NCBI GenBank assembly: GCA_951406725.2
Contig: OX597816.1
Span: 1,426,001-1,490,000, forward strand
Source of the DNA: Octopus vulgaris
Lineage: Eukaryota
Reading direction: 5' to 3'
DNA: 64,000 bases
The notes below the pieces were generated by a model. That model ran no database searches, had not been told where the DNA came from, and saw only the letters and a program-made list of their open reading frames with translations. Positions 39,569 through 53,737 of this stretch are shown piece by piece. The position numbers and the translations under genes are program-made. Every line of letters starts with the position of its first letter. Position 1 is the stretch's first letter.

Positions 39569-42190
39569 CACACACACATACATAAGTATGTATGTATTAT
39601 ATACACAATGCTGGGCTTTTGTTGATGTCATTTTCTAACCTTTTTAAAACGTGTCTGCTCTTTCAGGTGGATTCCTTTTAAATTTCTCCTTTTCCTTTTA
39701 TCTCTTCAGAATTTCTCCTTATCACCGCAAGATTTCCCTGTCAGGGCTCTGAGTATTTCCGTATTATTTCCATGCCGTAACTTAGCTTTTATTATTATTA
39801 TTTCTTAGTTTAATCCTTGGTCTGCGGCCATGCTGAAGCACCGCCTTAAAGAGTTTTTTTTAGTCAAAGAAATCGACCCCAGTACTTATTCTTTAAAAGC
39901 TTGAAAACTTTTGGGGACTCTTTGCCGAAGTGCAAAGTTACGGAAACGTAAACAAACCAACCCCAGTTATCAGGCGGTGGGACCTGCGACACACACACTT
40001 CCAGACAGCTTCCGTCGAACAAATTGGTTGTGATTATTAATTAATGTTTATCTTTAATGATGATGATTCGCCTGTTTTATATCCATTGTTCCAAAACATG
40101 AGTTTAGCTTTGTCGTTATTGCCGACTTTGTTCCAGTTCTTCAACCAAAGTCTGTCCAAAGACAGAATGTCGGCAAACGGTAGGATTCTAGGAAACTCAT
40201 CGTATTTGGTTTGAGTCAGCAAATAGGAAATTTAAAATGGAAATTGATTAAAAATTTTCTTTTTTAATATTTTCAAATGTTTATGACTTCTTAGGAATGT
40301 TGCAGTTATCGCCGGGGACGGTGAAATAAGTCCCTGTACAGAACAAGGGTCAAGCCCGCCCCGCCTCTCACCACAATTTTAGGCCCTCGCGGCATTTCGT
40401 CCGTCTTTACGTTCTGAGTTCAAGTTCCGCCGAGGTCCACTTTCACCCTCTCGGATTATTAGGCATTGCCACAGAATTGTGTCTCCCCCCCCCCCCGACT
40501 GCTTTCCTGTCGCTCATAGACTTTTACCGAAGGATTGTCTTATCGTTGTTATTTAGAGATGGGTTTGTTTTTCTGCTAATCTCTCCTATTAAGATTGTAA
40601 CATGTTTATGGAAGAGTCTAGCAGTGTGATTAGGATTATGTAGGCCTTTCGAACTTACTTTGACAATTTAGTCATTTACGTTGCTATTAAATCGTGAATT
40701 TTAGGTAAAGAATATATTTGAAGGGACCAAATAGTGAAACTGAAACAACCCGAGGGGAGGGATATAAAAACAGACGTGGCTATCCCTTGTAAGCGAAACG
40801 AAGTCAATTATGAATTAATCTGTTCAATAAACCCGATAGTGTTTTATTTTTATTAAAACATTTGACGATCTTTTGATTATTCTCAAATGTTGGAATAGTG
40901 GAATAAATCTTATAACGTATAGATGAGAACTCAAGAATTTCTTGTATTTTTATAATATTCCATATTGTATAAAGTAACATTCCATTCGTGGCAGCTCGCC
41001 CGAAAGTCCGTGGGGTTCTTTTCTCAAAAGGTTTAAGCTTTTGTTGATCACAAGATTTTTTTTTTAGCTCTTATCAATTCCTTGCAATGGAAAATAAACG
41101 AACCTCGGAGTTTAGGAGCAACTTCCACCAGAAGTTAGCACGAGTAAAGAATTTGGAAGCCGAAATGTAAAATATTAAAATTTTTAGAAAAGTAAAATAT
41201 AAGTAATTTCTGTTGTATGAAATAGAAAAATGCTTAAAAAATAGACCAGAAAATCCCTCCACCCCAATTCTTTGCCACACTTTTAGGGTGTTGTGATGGT
41301 TAATTTCCAAACTGTCAAAATTTGTTCCAGTTTCACCTATTTTTGTTTTTTCATAATCTACACAGGTTGACAGACAGTTGGGATGATCTTGTTTTAAAGC
41401 ACGGATGAATGACAATCAGAGTCAAAAGGTGTCCGGGAATAGCGAATCATTAACTTCAATGAGAAATAGAAGAGAAATATTTGCCAGCTCGATTTTTAAA
41501 ATACACTTTAGATTATAACAGCAGCTTCCGGATTATGTCTTAGAATAAAATTTATAAAGAAAAAATATTTGAGTATTTTCTTTCGGTAAGGGTCTTCTTA
41601 TATATAAATATTCACCATTCCGTGTGTTATAAAGCAATCCAAATTTCTTTAATACTTTCACCAGCTTCTGCCTATGGACTCGCAGTCATTGATGACTTCA
41701 ACGCCTTCGACCTGGTTACTTATATATTATTGGGTCGGGTACTTTGTCGAATTAAATATTTTTATCCTGCACAGAAAAGGGGCACAGGGTAAAGTCAAGG
41801 GAGATGACTCAGTTGGACACCTTTTCATTGCGGGGTCGATGTTCTCGAGGAGCAACTTGACGACCATCTGCTGTCCAGGATCCCTAATGAACCTACGTCA
41901 CCGCAAGAAACTCTGAAAAGAGGACAGCAATATCCAAACCCCCCTCTTTCACCCGAAGCTAATTGAAAAAAATGATGATACTGGCGGTGCCCCAGCATGA
42001 CCGCAGCTTTTGGCTGAACCGCATGAAAGATCAAGAATATCTATATTTATCCTTCGACCAGAGTGTCGGTGGGAGCAAACGATGTCATTTCACCCTTTTT
42101 TCCAGTCTAGTCCTTTTTATATCACGAGGGAAGTTTGTGTGGGTGAATAATGTCGTCTACAAATACCGAAGAATTGCCTCTGTGCGTGTG

Positions 42191-42408
42191 TACGAGGGTG
42201 CTGAAGAGCTCCTGGCTTTAAGAGGGTCGCAAAAGGCCCGGTTGGTGGCCCAACCTTCTGAGTTCTTTTACAGGGCTTAGAAAAACTGAAGGACCCCTGC
42301 AATAAGTGTGTGACTTTGAGAGGGGAATATAGTGAATAGAATCATAATTAACTGATCCTTCTGTATTTCCTTTGACCCAGAGCCAGGAACCTTTCAGTAG
42401 TATGACGT
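42191..42408 (+). mobile_element. Mariner-derived MITE
   Basis: TA|CGAGGGTGCTGAAGAGCTCCTGGCTT left TIR and AGAGCCAGGAACCTTTCAGTA right TIR. The interior encodes a mariner C-terminus (LVAQPSEFFYR..EKLKDPCNKCVTLRGEY). Confidence 0.75.
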
Positions 42409-44520
42409 GAGTAATACGATACCAAATTACAGAAGATAATGGGGGTGTCATGCATTTTAGGACCCAGGTCCCGAATTTGTGTTTTAAGTGCAGGATTGTT
42501 TGCCTCCCTAAATGAAGATTGGTTTTACGCAAGGTTATCGATCGAGCTCGTGCATGCATTGTTGACTGCCTTTGTTCGTGCTTTTGGTTCAGTTAGACAT
42601 CACACCATTAGCTTCGGCATAGCATTCATAAAATACTAGTCAACTAAACGTTGCCGTGCAGAGGGATCGAACTCAGAAGCACCTGGTTACTATACCATAC
42701 CTACGTCCACATGTTTGTGACGCAAAGTTGGCTTTATGATAACCCACAACCTAAATTACGTTGCTACGTAAAACTTTACGTAGCAACGGTGATAGTCGCA
42801 GTTTTTTTTTTATTTAATAATTAATAATGCCGGACCATTGTGTCCTTGTCTGACACCGAATATGCTTCAGTAGCAAAGTTGTGGAAGCAAAAAGAAACAT
42901 ACAAAAGACAAAGATAACGTCCCCCCCCCCCACCCCCCCGACCACTTGTGTGTGTTATCTCATGATGTAGCATCAGTTTTCATTCATACAAAACTGAGAT
43001 AAAAAGTTTCTGTCGAAATCCTAATCCTGGCTCTAAGCAAAACGTAAAGACAGCAAGGCCAGGCCCTAAAAGTGTGTGAAAGGAAACTTAAATATATTTT
43101 CTACTTGACCTTGCTAATTCATACTTACAAACACGCACGTGATTGCTTTGTTATACAAATATAATAGCGCAATTTTATATTTATATTTACAGAGGGACAT
43201 GTAGCAGTTTCTTTTCTTTTGTGATTACGATATTTCAAATCGTGTCCCCCATTCATTACTTTTACATACGTTTAAAACTTGGCTGGTTTTTCTGTCAGGA
43301 TTTTTGTTTCAGGAGTAAAACGTTCACACAACACAATTGCAAATTGTGTATGAAAGAGAGAGATTTTTTATTGATATAAATTTAAAGACAATTTTATAGT
43401 TGTGTTTTATGCGTCAATTGACAAGTGGTTGAACAAGACCGGACAACTAATATCAATTACTCTCTTCAATATTTTGTTTCATTTGCATTTAATCACACAG
43501 ACACACATTTATCTATAAAAATGTGTGTGTGTGCGCTCAGTTGTGTCAGAGTTGTTAAATTAGGAAGCAGCTGGTGTTTGGGGTAGCTTTTATTTCGGCA
43601 AATAAGTCGAATGAACTCAATACAGGGATATAAACACTTTTTCTTTTTAATCGGCAGAAGTAAAGTTTTGAAAGTGACTCAGAGGCCAGAAGTTTCGTGC
43701 ATTGCAAGAAAACAATCGGCCTTTCAATCACGCTTGTAACTTTCTTACGATTAATATATATATATATCGCTTGCTGCCACTAAGTTGTTATTATTATTAT
43801 CATCAGTTATTTAGATTTGCTGCTAATAATAATGACATCTTTACGAATATTCATTTGAATATTTACTCGTGTGTGTGTGTGTAAAGGGGAGTTTTTTTTT
43901 GATTTGCAAAATGTTTGAAATGTTTAATCCTCACCTGTTCTCAATGGAAGTGGAGTAACTTAAAAAGCCCCCCCCCCCCGCCCTGTCCCTTCCTTTCGCT
44001 TCTTGTTACCCTGAGGCAAGGGTTGGACAGAAATCAGTCTCGTTAATCAACTTGCTCACGTAATGTGGTTGGAGGAGAAAGAAAATGGAAAGAGTCCCCC
44101 CCCTTCCTATACACACACGCTTTTATGCTGTCGAGCAGTATATTCTTGGTCATGGCAACGCCATCTATCGAAAAATTAGTGCTTTGTGGGCGAAGTCCCT
44201 CGACATAATTGTTCAGCCTGGAGTTTCCGTCCCATTGTGCGGCAACTTGGGCAAGTGTCTTCTATAGCTCCGAGCCAACCAATGCTTTGTGAATGAATTT
44301 GGTAGACGGCAACTGTATGGGAAGTCTATCGTGTGTGTATATATGTTTGTTCTCTTACACTGCCTGACAACAGGTATTGGTTTGTTTACGTCTCCGTAAT
44401 TTGGCACTAAACTTTTCAGAGTAGTGCCCCAGCACGGCCACAGTCCAGTGTGTGAGTATGTGTGCATGTCTCTGTATGCATGCTTGCACACAAACACACA
44501 CACACACACACACACACACA

Positions 44521-45440
44521 AGAAGGAAAAGAAAATGGAGATTGGGAAGTTAATAATTGTTTACTATGAACAGCAAATTAACCATCTTCCTTTACAGCCG
44601 TTTCAATGAATACTCATCATCATCATCGTCATCAGTGAATATTCAATTCATCTGACCTGAGCCAAATATCTTCAGAGGGGAAAGATATACCCTTGGATGT
44701 TTTATATGTGTCTATGGATTCATTATGGCAGACTGAGGGATATTGTTTATGATTTGTATTGTTATATGTTCAGGTGAGTGGTTTACAGGTTGATTGGAGA
44801 TAAGACAGGTCAGGTAAATAGAATTAGAACAATAAATGAATAAATTAAATAGAGATGATGATAGAGGAAATTTAAATATAAATGAGGTAAGTTTATAGTT
44901 AATAAAAGAATGGAATGTTCGTTTGCACGCATACATCTATGTATCCGTATGTCCATGTACAGAGACGCATATGCTCAGACATACATACATCCACACGTAC
45001 ACACACATCCATGCATATACGGGTATATGCATATATACATGTACATGTGTTTACACTTTTTACCCATCACTCATCATCATCATCATCGGACGTTAAACGA
45101 TGATGATGATGAGTGATGAGTGATGGGTAAAAAGTGTAAACACATGTACATGTATATATGCATGGATATGTGTGTACGTGTGGATGTATGTATGTCTGAG
45201 CATATGCGTCTCTGTATACGGACATAAGAAGAAATTAATATAGATCCATGTTGGTCAATTCACTTCTTTTTTTTTTCCCCCACTGAAGATATTAGGGCTC
45301 AGGTCATATAAATATAAATTTGATATTTACTTAATATTTACTGAGTATTCACTGAAACAGCTGTAAGGCAAGATGATGAATTTGCTGTTCATAATAAACA
45401 GTTATTAGCTTCCCAATCCCTATTTTCTTTTTCTTCTTTT
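44521..45440. repeat. Large nested inverted repeat (~920 bp) with hammerhead-like motifs in the outer arms
   Basis: Outer arms ~44521-44690 / ~45270-45440; inner arms ~44947-45088 / ~45098-45226. Confidence 0.9.
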
Positions 45441-47366
45441 ATAAACTATATGTTTTTATATATATATATACCTATTATTTTAAGGAAATTAATTCCCCCC
45501 AAATACTAGGTATTGAACTTGCATTTCCTTCAATGAGACCATCCCTTCATGAAGTTAACATAACCTCTAATCAAATATATACAGGTGTGAATCATGATCT
45601 AAAAGATTTCACCAGGTGGTGTTATTAAGTTAGACATGGCCTGGGCCTATACTGGCTGAAACCTAGGTTTTATATATGTGTATATATATATATAGCTTAG
45701 AATTGTTAGGCAAGGGTCAGCACAGGCTGCTGATGGTTTGGAAAGTAGCTAAGAGTAGCCTCCCTTCAATGTCCCTTATTTCCTATCACAACCAGGATCT
45801 CTTTTACATTTGATTAACAAATAACAAAAACCAAAGGCAAAAAAAAAACTTTGCTACAAATTTTCTGTTGATTTCTGTCTAAATTCATTTGTGCTCCTAG
45901 CATGATCTGCAAGAAGGGATCCCAATTTAGAGATTATTTTGGCCTATGATAAATAATCAAATATTTTCTAGAATAAAAAGAGTCGAATATTTTGTCCCTT
46001 GAGTGTATTTTAAATACATAGAACCAGAAGAAAACTGGTAAACATTTAAAACATGCATTTAAGTTGTGATTCACCGATTTTGAGTAGTTTCCTCTGTGAA
46101 ATATTTAAGATTTTACTAGCAGAGGTACCCTGCATTGCTAGAGTGTTGCACATGTAGAAATGGAAAAAAAATATTTCCATGGAGGATCTGCATTTGGTTG
46201 TAAATGACAGGGGTAAACTCTCTTAGTTGAGGCTTTAAGTATCTTGTCTTCTGCCATCCTGTCTTGGTGATTATGCCAAAGTTATTGTGGACGGAATGGT
46301 CAGCAGACAAGAGCTTCTCCATCTTGCTTGGAGAATGCAAAGTATTCTTCCAAGGAACCAATCCAATCTGTATCATAAGAGATATCTTCTGACATGCTGC
46401 ATGCTATATTGATGCCCCCACCCCCCATTCAGTAAATGGACCATGAAGATTGTGCAGGACCTGCCGAAGATGTAAATCATCATCATCATCATTGCATAAT
46501 ATAATTTGTACTTATAAAGATGATGTTGGAGCAGCTGTAGTCTATTGAACTGAATTTGGTAAATATTTTCTGCAGACCAATGATGGAATTAAATGCAATG
46601 TCAAAGGTGACTGACCCCATTTGAACTTGCATCCTTGATCCATGAAACTAATTCCTGCTCAGAATGTTAATAATGTCTGTGCCGCTCTTACAAATCTGAT
46701 GAGAATGGTCCTTGTAAATTGTATTGAAAGAACAGGCATAATAATGGTTTGAAATGTGAACACAAGGCAGTTGGGCCTAGTTGAGAATGTCTGGTCAATA
46801 ATATCTCTCGGTTGTAGTTATAAGCATTAATGTTTGTCTTTAAACAATGTCACCATTTCTTAATGAATCTTGACCACTTGATCAGATTCCACAGGGAGAA
46901 CCAGATGCAAGCAAAAATAATGACCCCTCAAAAATAAGAGAAATCTCCAGATCATGTTTTTACCTGGGGATAAAACAGGGTTAAGTCAAGTAAAATTACC
47001 TTTTATGATATTTGAGAAGATTAATTAAAATGTGTTGATGAGTTGTCATTAATTGTGTTCATGCAACATCATTGAAGAAGCACATCAAATTCCATGGCTG
47101 CCGTTTCCCTCCAAACAGCAAAGCAAAGTGAACGAGTTTGCTGCTGGTGCCTTCATCCTTCTTTCCCTGCCATCCTGGGACATTTCCTACTCTGCACTGT
47201 TTACCATTTATCATATTTCTCTTCTCCATGTTTGTAGACCAACTCTTTCTTTAATATAATTATTTCCCATTAATATTCCTGTCAAATCACCACACTACCT
47301 TCATCCACACTTGGTGGAGTATCTCTCATAACCGTTTGTTTTCTCCAAATACTGTGTCCAGAGTGC

Positions 47367-47405
<39 letters not shown>

Positions 47406-47529
47406 TGTATTTGCCTCTGGAGTTCAGTTCATGTATTTGCCTCCTCACAGTTCTTGATGTGAACTCTCTTGTGTGTTGAAATCAATTTTGTTGTCTGTGG
47501 CTGAGTTCCTTTCAAGTGTTGGGCTTCTT

Positions 47530-47826
47530 GAGAGGCAATGACCAAGACCTTTGGTATTATATCATGCTAGAGAAGAAGAAGACCCATCAAGCCGAGCAAA
47601 ATTGCAGTCGTGGCAGACACTGGTGTCACACAAATTAACACCTGTACTGGCCACATGTAAAAATACCCATTGCACTCTCAGAGTGGTTGGCATTAGGAAG
47701 GGCATCCAACCGTAGAAACCATTCCTAATCAGACTGGAGTCTGTTGCAGCTCCCCAGTTTACCAGCCTTGGTCAAACTGTCCGACCCATGCCACCATGGA
47801 CAATGAACGTTAAATGATGATGATGT
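47530..47826 (+). mobile_element. SINE family C copy
   Basis: Family C body with GGTTGGCATTAGGAAGGGCATCC and a CGTTAAATGATGATGATG tail. Confidence 0.82.
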
Positions 47827-49311
47827 CAGGAGTAGAGAGGGCATGTCATTCATGATGAAAGTGCTTAGTCAAACCGAACCGATTGATTGACTGAACAATT
47901 AATCAAATGGTTGATTAGTTAATTGATTAAATCATTAACCAATTGATAAATATATAAATAATAAAGAAATGAAATAGGATCAGTGCATGTGCTTATTAGC
48001 ATAATGACCCTCCCAAGATACAACAAAACACTATTTAGTTCTCAATTTGTTCCCTTCTCTCGTTTCTTCAAACTTACGTTGCCTTATTCTCGGCAGCTGT
48101 AAGGGTTGTTGGATCTTTTTTTTTCCAGTTTAGTTTAGAGGATTTAATTCAATCACAATATCATTTAATGCTTCTATTATGCACTCATTCTCTGTGTCCT
48201 GCAGGCATTATTTACACAGCAGTGCAGTTGTCTCTATTCTGTGTGTATTTATGAGAAAAGCCCACAAGACCCACCCGTTACTGTTTTCTTTTGTGGCTGA
48301 TGACGTAGGCCACCACACTTCCACTCACCAGTAAACATTACAACTGTAAAAATAGAATTAATCCTTACATTGTGAAAGCATCAGATTAGTGACACACACA
48401 CACACACGTCTAGTGATTTCCTTTACTCTATTTCAAAGCTTTCGTCTGTAATGAATCGGAGAATTCAAAGTTTTTTCTTTCTCTTTCTTCAACAAGTTTT
48501 GTTTTGTTTTGTTATTCTAAATTTCATAAGTTTGGTTTTATTTTTTTTTTAATCTTGTGTTCATTTTTCTGTCATCATCTTTTTTTTATGACAATTCATA
48601 CTGGAGCAGTCACGTTTCATTGTTACTTTGTGAGGAGTGGTTTTGGTCGAAAGAAACGTGTGTGTGTGTGTGTGTGTGTGATTCGTTGTCAAAACATTGT
48701 GTGATAATTGTGTAACAGTCATCCAGTGTCATTCATTCCCAATATTCTGCACAATCATGTCTGGCCATGAAGATGGGGTGGGGTGGGGTGTGAACATTGC
48801 CTTACTCGGAAACAGGAGAGGCTTAGCAACAGGAAGAGCATCCAGCTGTAAGGAGTCTGCCTCAGTAGACTTTGTCTGGTCCATGCGAGTATGGTAAAGC
48901 GGACATTAAAACCTCATGATGATGATGATGATTTGCAACACCTCAAAAAGAATTAGAAAAGCAAAAAGAAGCTGCCATCGACCAGTAAACTGCTTTGTAA
49001 AAGTGCACTTTTAAATGACAGATCTTCATTGTCAAAAAAAAAAGAAAAATAATAACAACTAGATAAAAGAAAAAAAAAAGACTTGATTGATATGATGTAC
49101 AGCTGCTTGTTAAGCTTGTTTCTTTATGAAAAACTCTTTACAGTCCTCACTCATCCTCTTCACATTGCTCTCGGCCCTCCTTTACTCTTTAACTACTCAA
49201 ACGCTTTTCAAGAAGCTCTAAACCAGTCTCTTTTATGTCGTCGTCCTCTTCATTACCGCTTCGTACTTTACCGACTGCAGCAGTCTGAGTTCTTTTTGTT
49301 TTTACTTATTA

Positions 49312-49710
49312 TCTTTCTCTCTGTATAAAGCTGAAGTTGTCTGTCTGTGTGTGGCAGGTTTAGTAGCCTTCAACTAACGCTATCTCCTCCGAGACCCTGC
49401 GGCGCAAGTTGACCAAAATTGAGAGTATGATAGAAGAAGGCTTGCTCTTCATTCCGTAGAAGAAAAAATTCAAATCGGACCATGTTAACACCAAAAATTA
49501 TTTACATCAAAAAGGTGCTTTTTTTCTATGAAAATCCCTATTTTTTAACGATTTTTTGACTGCTGTGTCGCCATTTTTCGGTGTATTTCAACCAGAAAAA
49601 TTATCACTTAAAGAGAATAACAAGCTACAGAATGCAAAAATTTTACTTTTCAAAAATTCCAATTCTAAGGGGTCGAAACAAACCCGAGCAATGCCAGGCA
49701 ATACTGCTAG
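49312..49710 (+). mobile_element. Non-autonomous Helitron
   Basis: A|TC...TATAAAGCTGAAGTTGTCTGTCTGTGTG 5' end, a 3' hairpin remnant CCCGAGCAATGCCAGG, and a CTAG|T end. Confidence 0.82.
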
Positions 49711-50230
49711 TTATTATTATACACATGAAATGTTTCTGTTATGAAAACATCTACATTTGACATATTTTACAAATATTTTATTGAGTTGCTATGGCAACAT
49801 ATTGTCAAATGATGTCAGTGTTGCACCAAATTCACTTTTACTTAAAACACAAATTCCTAAAACAAATATGTAATAATAAGAATTTGATTGAATATAAAGA
49901 TCAATAATTGTTTGGTGGTTGTCTTCTTGATTAAATCAACCCAGGTAGCTTACTGTTACTTCTTTTATGGACTTCAAATAGGAGAGAGAGAGATCAATAA
50001 ATAATGATTCTAGCAAGATTGAATTAAGCCTGGCATTAACCCATTCGTTACCAAATTCTATCCAAATATGCCAGGAGTTTTGAAATCTTGCTTCATGGTG
50101 TTTATTACACCTTTATAAAAAAGAGATTTCAACAGTTTCTTTTTCCATTTCTCTCCCTCAGTTTAGAGTTTGGTGTCCCTTTAATGGATATATCTCATTA
50201 TAAAGAAACCAATTAAAGTTATTTACTGGA

Positions 50231-50279
<49 letters not shown>

Positions 50280-50369
50280 GAAGCACAGGTGACTCTGTGG
50301 TTAAACGATTTCCTTCCCTACCACATTTTTGGGAATAGAAAAACTGAAAGAAACCTGTTGTGTGTGTGG

Positions 50370-50411
<42 letters not shown>

Positions 50412-51979
50412 GTGTGTGTGTGTGTGTATTTATATGTGTCTCCTTGTCTTGACATCATGGGATAGTTGTAGATCATGCAGTCAGTGTCCTTCAACTCCAA
50501 CCTTCCTTAAACACATGTCTGGCCATGGAGAAATATTCACCTTATAAGGAAACGGGGGAAGATTGGTGACAGGAAGAGCATCTATCTGTAGAAAAAAAAA
50601 GAACCTTCCTCAACAAATTCCATCCGACCCATGCAAGCCTGGAAAAGTGGATGTTAAACACTAATGATGATTTAGCTTCAGGGTATGCTTTGACACCTCC
50701 TTAAATATCCATTCTGTTTGCTCCCATCCACCCTCATTATAAGGTGGAGTATCCCTTAACAGCAATAAACCTGTTCCCCCTTCTTTAAAGCCTCTCCCGG
50801 TTGTTAGTGACACTGTGACCTCACTGGTGTTGGTGCCATGAAAACAACACTGTGAAGTGGTTGGCATTGGGCTTCGGATTTTTATGAGGCTGTTAGTCTG
50901 CCACTGAAGTGAAACAAATATTGTTTTATCAGTTCATAAAAAGATTAATGTTAAAACTCCTGTTGAACGTTGTTCTTTCATTTGCCAAAAGTTCAGGTTT
51001 CTTCAGTGAGAAATTCTATCTGCCTTATTCATGGTTTTATTTTTTTTATGTTGGTAAACATGTTCTTTGCATGGAAGGAAACAAATATATAACGATATAA
51101 TTATAGAAGCCTGCCTTATCAAAGCTGACCTCGGCCTACATAACACTGTATCACTTCAAGTAATCTTTATTTTGTTGAAGCTAATTCTTTCAAGCCAAGT
51201 CTTTAAACCCGCAGATACCAGTGTGTGTGTGTGTACATATATATATATATATATATGTATATGTATGTATGCCGGCATGGAATGCGGATGCTAGATGATG
51301 ATATCAGCATCGTTGTTTCTGTGTCTGCTTTTCCATGCTGGCATGGGTTGGATAACTTCTTCAGGCTGTATTTTACAGCTGGATGCCCTTCTTGTCGCCA
51401 ACCTTTACTTTGCTTTTTTTAAAATAATGTATCATCAAAATTGACTAAATTAACCACCCAGAGGCACAGGCGACATATACAAGCATCACCGCTTTTTTTA
51501 AAACACAGAAACAACATTCATGCACACACACATGCACGCATGCATATCTATTGCTTGCATCTGACACACATGCACAAAATGCACAAAACAACAAGCTTCT
51601 CTGCTGTTTCTATCTACCAAATTTCAACTCCCAAGTTATTGGGTCCCCTCAAGACTACTTTGCCCCAAGTGCCACACACTGGGATGGAACTTGAGTCATT
51701 TGGTTGCAAATCCAACTTGCTAATCACATGACCATTCTTACACTTCACCAATGACACCAATATGATGTTACCTCTTTGACAAACAATGTTTATGGTTCTA
51801 ATCTTTGGTCAGCTCCTTTGTTCACTAGGACCCTTCTTCAGCCTTTCTGGACTGTTTCTGATTCATTCAAGGGGACATCTCACATTTTGTTAGTCATTAA
51901 TTATTCCGTAAAAACTTGACAAAATATGTCACAAAGTAGGAGCGTTGGGTGGTAAATATGTATAAATGCAGTTTTATTA

Positions 51980-52275
51980 CCAGTTTGAATATGCTTGTGA
52001 CACGTTTGGACTGATAAACAGGCCCTTCCCTGTATTTTGTCATGGAGAAAATTTCTCGCTGTTGACAATGGTGTAAACACTCTGTCCAGTGTCTGTGACC
52101 GAAGAGAAGATAACTGCTCCGAAATGCTGCATCTCACAGCCTGGAAAGGGGGCGCTGCAAACTGATCTAAATGTACTTACACCATTGTCAACAGTGAGAA
52201 ATTTCCTCCATGGTAAAACAGAGAGAGGGGTCTGTTTATCAGTCCCAAATGTGTCACAAGCACGATTCAAACTGC
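51980..52275. mobile_element. Fold-back element/MITE with ~100-bp diverged inverted arms
   Basis: CAGTTTGAAT.TGCTTGTGACAC.TTTGGACTGATAAACAG...TGTTGACAATGGTGTAA is mirrored by TTACACCATTGTCAACA...CTGTTTATCAGTCCCAAATGTGTCACAAGCACGATTCAAACTG. Confidence 0.85.
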
Positions 52276-53044
52276 TAATAACATTACAAAATATTTTGTT
52301 TTTAAAACAAGAGAACTTTTACATGGCATTCTCTAATTAGCTTTTCAGTTGTAGGACAAAATTGTTTCTATGGTGTTTTGAGACCTTTTCAGTGAACACA
52401 TCATCTCATCATCATCATCCCCTCCACCACCACCATCATCACCTTTATTGTTTCAACTTTTTCATGGTTCTATGGAATTTGTTGAAATACATTTTCTACA
52501 GTTAGATGCTCTTCCTGTTGCCAACCTGCTTCGAAGCAAGATAATATCCCTCCATAGCCAGACATGTTTCTCATGGAATACTCATTTACAATTATCACAT
52601 GATGTCAAAACAAAGTCATACATGTGTGTGTGTGTGCATGCGTGAGGGATTATCTTTAGAGTGAAGCCAAAGGAGAGCAGTTTTCCATTGAGTGTGTCAG
52701 TTGAGGCCCAGTTGTCTTCAGCTCTTTAACAAGTTGTCTTCTACTGCACTTAATATATGCAATTGTGATTTTGTAACAAGTCTTCTGAATCTGTAGAATT
52801 CTACGACTATAAAACCTTTGTTATTCTCCTTGGCAAAGATGAGTCAGACATTTAGAAACTACGAACCGAATTGATCTATTTTGAAATAAGGGGTGTATGG
52901 TTATATGTGTTTTTGTTCATGTTTAAAAGTATTCATAAAATACAGGTGCTAAACCATTTGTAAGATGCAGGTATTAACATGAAGAAACCAAATGGAATTG
53001 AAGTTTAAATTTCTAATAAGAGATTTGATTCCCACACTTGATAT

Positions 53045-53495
53045 TTTTCTTTGTCAACTCTATCTCTGTACATTTCAAAAGAGCAAAGTCTGCAGTTGAA
53101 GAACTGCTCAACCATTTCATTTGGTGCTGTTCCTACACACAGAGACATCTTGCACCACTTAGCTGAGACTCAATCACCGACGCTCCACAGCTCTCATCTC
53201 TCTCCTCTCTCTGCCTCTTCTCTCATTATTCTAATGGCTTCCATTGCTTGGATCTTGGCTGGTTCTGCAGCTCTATTTCCCATGCACCCTGACCCCCCCT
53301 CTTCTCACTCTTGATGCATCCAGCCCCTTTCAACCCCATTGGCCTGCTCCAATCTTCTCCTTGTTCATGTCTTCCCTGCATAGATTCACCGGCAAATGTT
53401 CAACAGAACCTCAACAACATCAGCGCCCACCAGTCTCAGAGAGCCTGCAGAGGTCATGGGCTCTGTCCCTTCCTCCAGACTTGACAAATAAATAA
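53045..53495 (+). mobile_element. LINE 3'-end remnant
   Basis: Translation resembles a LINE ORF2 C-terminus (LYISK..LQL..CS...FGA...; SLF.HYSNG..CLDLA), followed by an AATAAATAAA tail. Confidence 0.55.
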
Positions 53496-53524
53496 AGAAA
53501 CGATTTTCTCTACACTGAACAGTT

Positions 53525-53737
53525 TTAACTCTTTACTCTCCAAACCAACCATATCAAGCCCAAATATTCTGTTTTATGTTGAAAATAGCCAGGTGCAGCC
53601 TCTCACACCTACCCTACAATGTCATTCTAACAATAAACAATGACAGCATTGAAATCTGAAAGCCAGAGGACAACTGAAAACAATGTGAATAAGTAAGCTT
53701 TACGTTTGGCAGAGTAATCTGAATGCTGAGGGGTTAA
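53525..53737. mobile_element. piggyBac-type MITE with TTAA target sites
   Basis: TTAA|CTCTTTA...GCTGAGGGG|TTAA; same family as 35187-35355. Confidence 0.7.

Noticed and set aside
46150-46870. Possible DNA-transposase remnant on the minus strand (EQELVSWIKDASSNG; EEYFAFSKQDGEALVC)
   Set aside because: Short, interrupted similarity that I cannot assign without a profile search.
47870-48030. Segment also present at ~61460-61570
   Set aside because: An ordinary diverged dispersed repeat with no diagnostic features.
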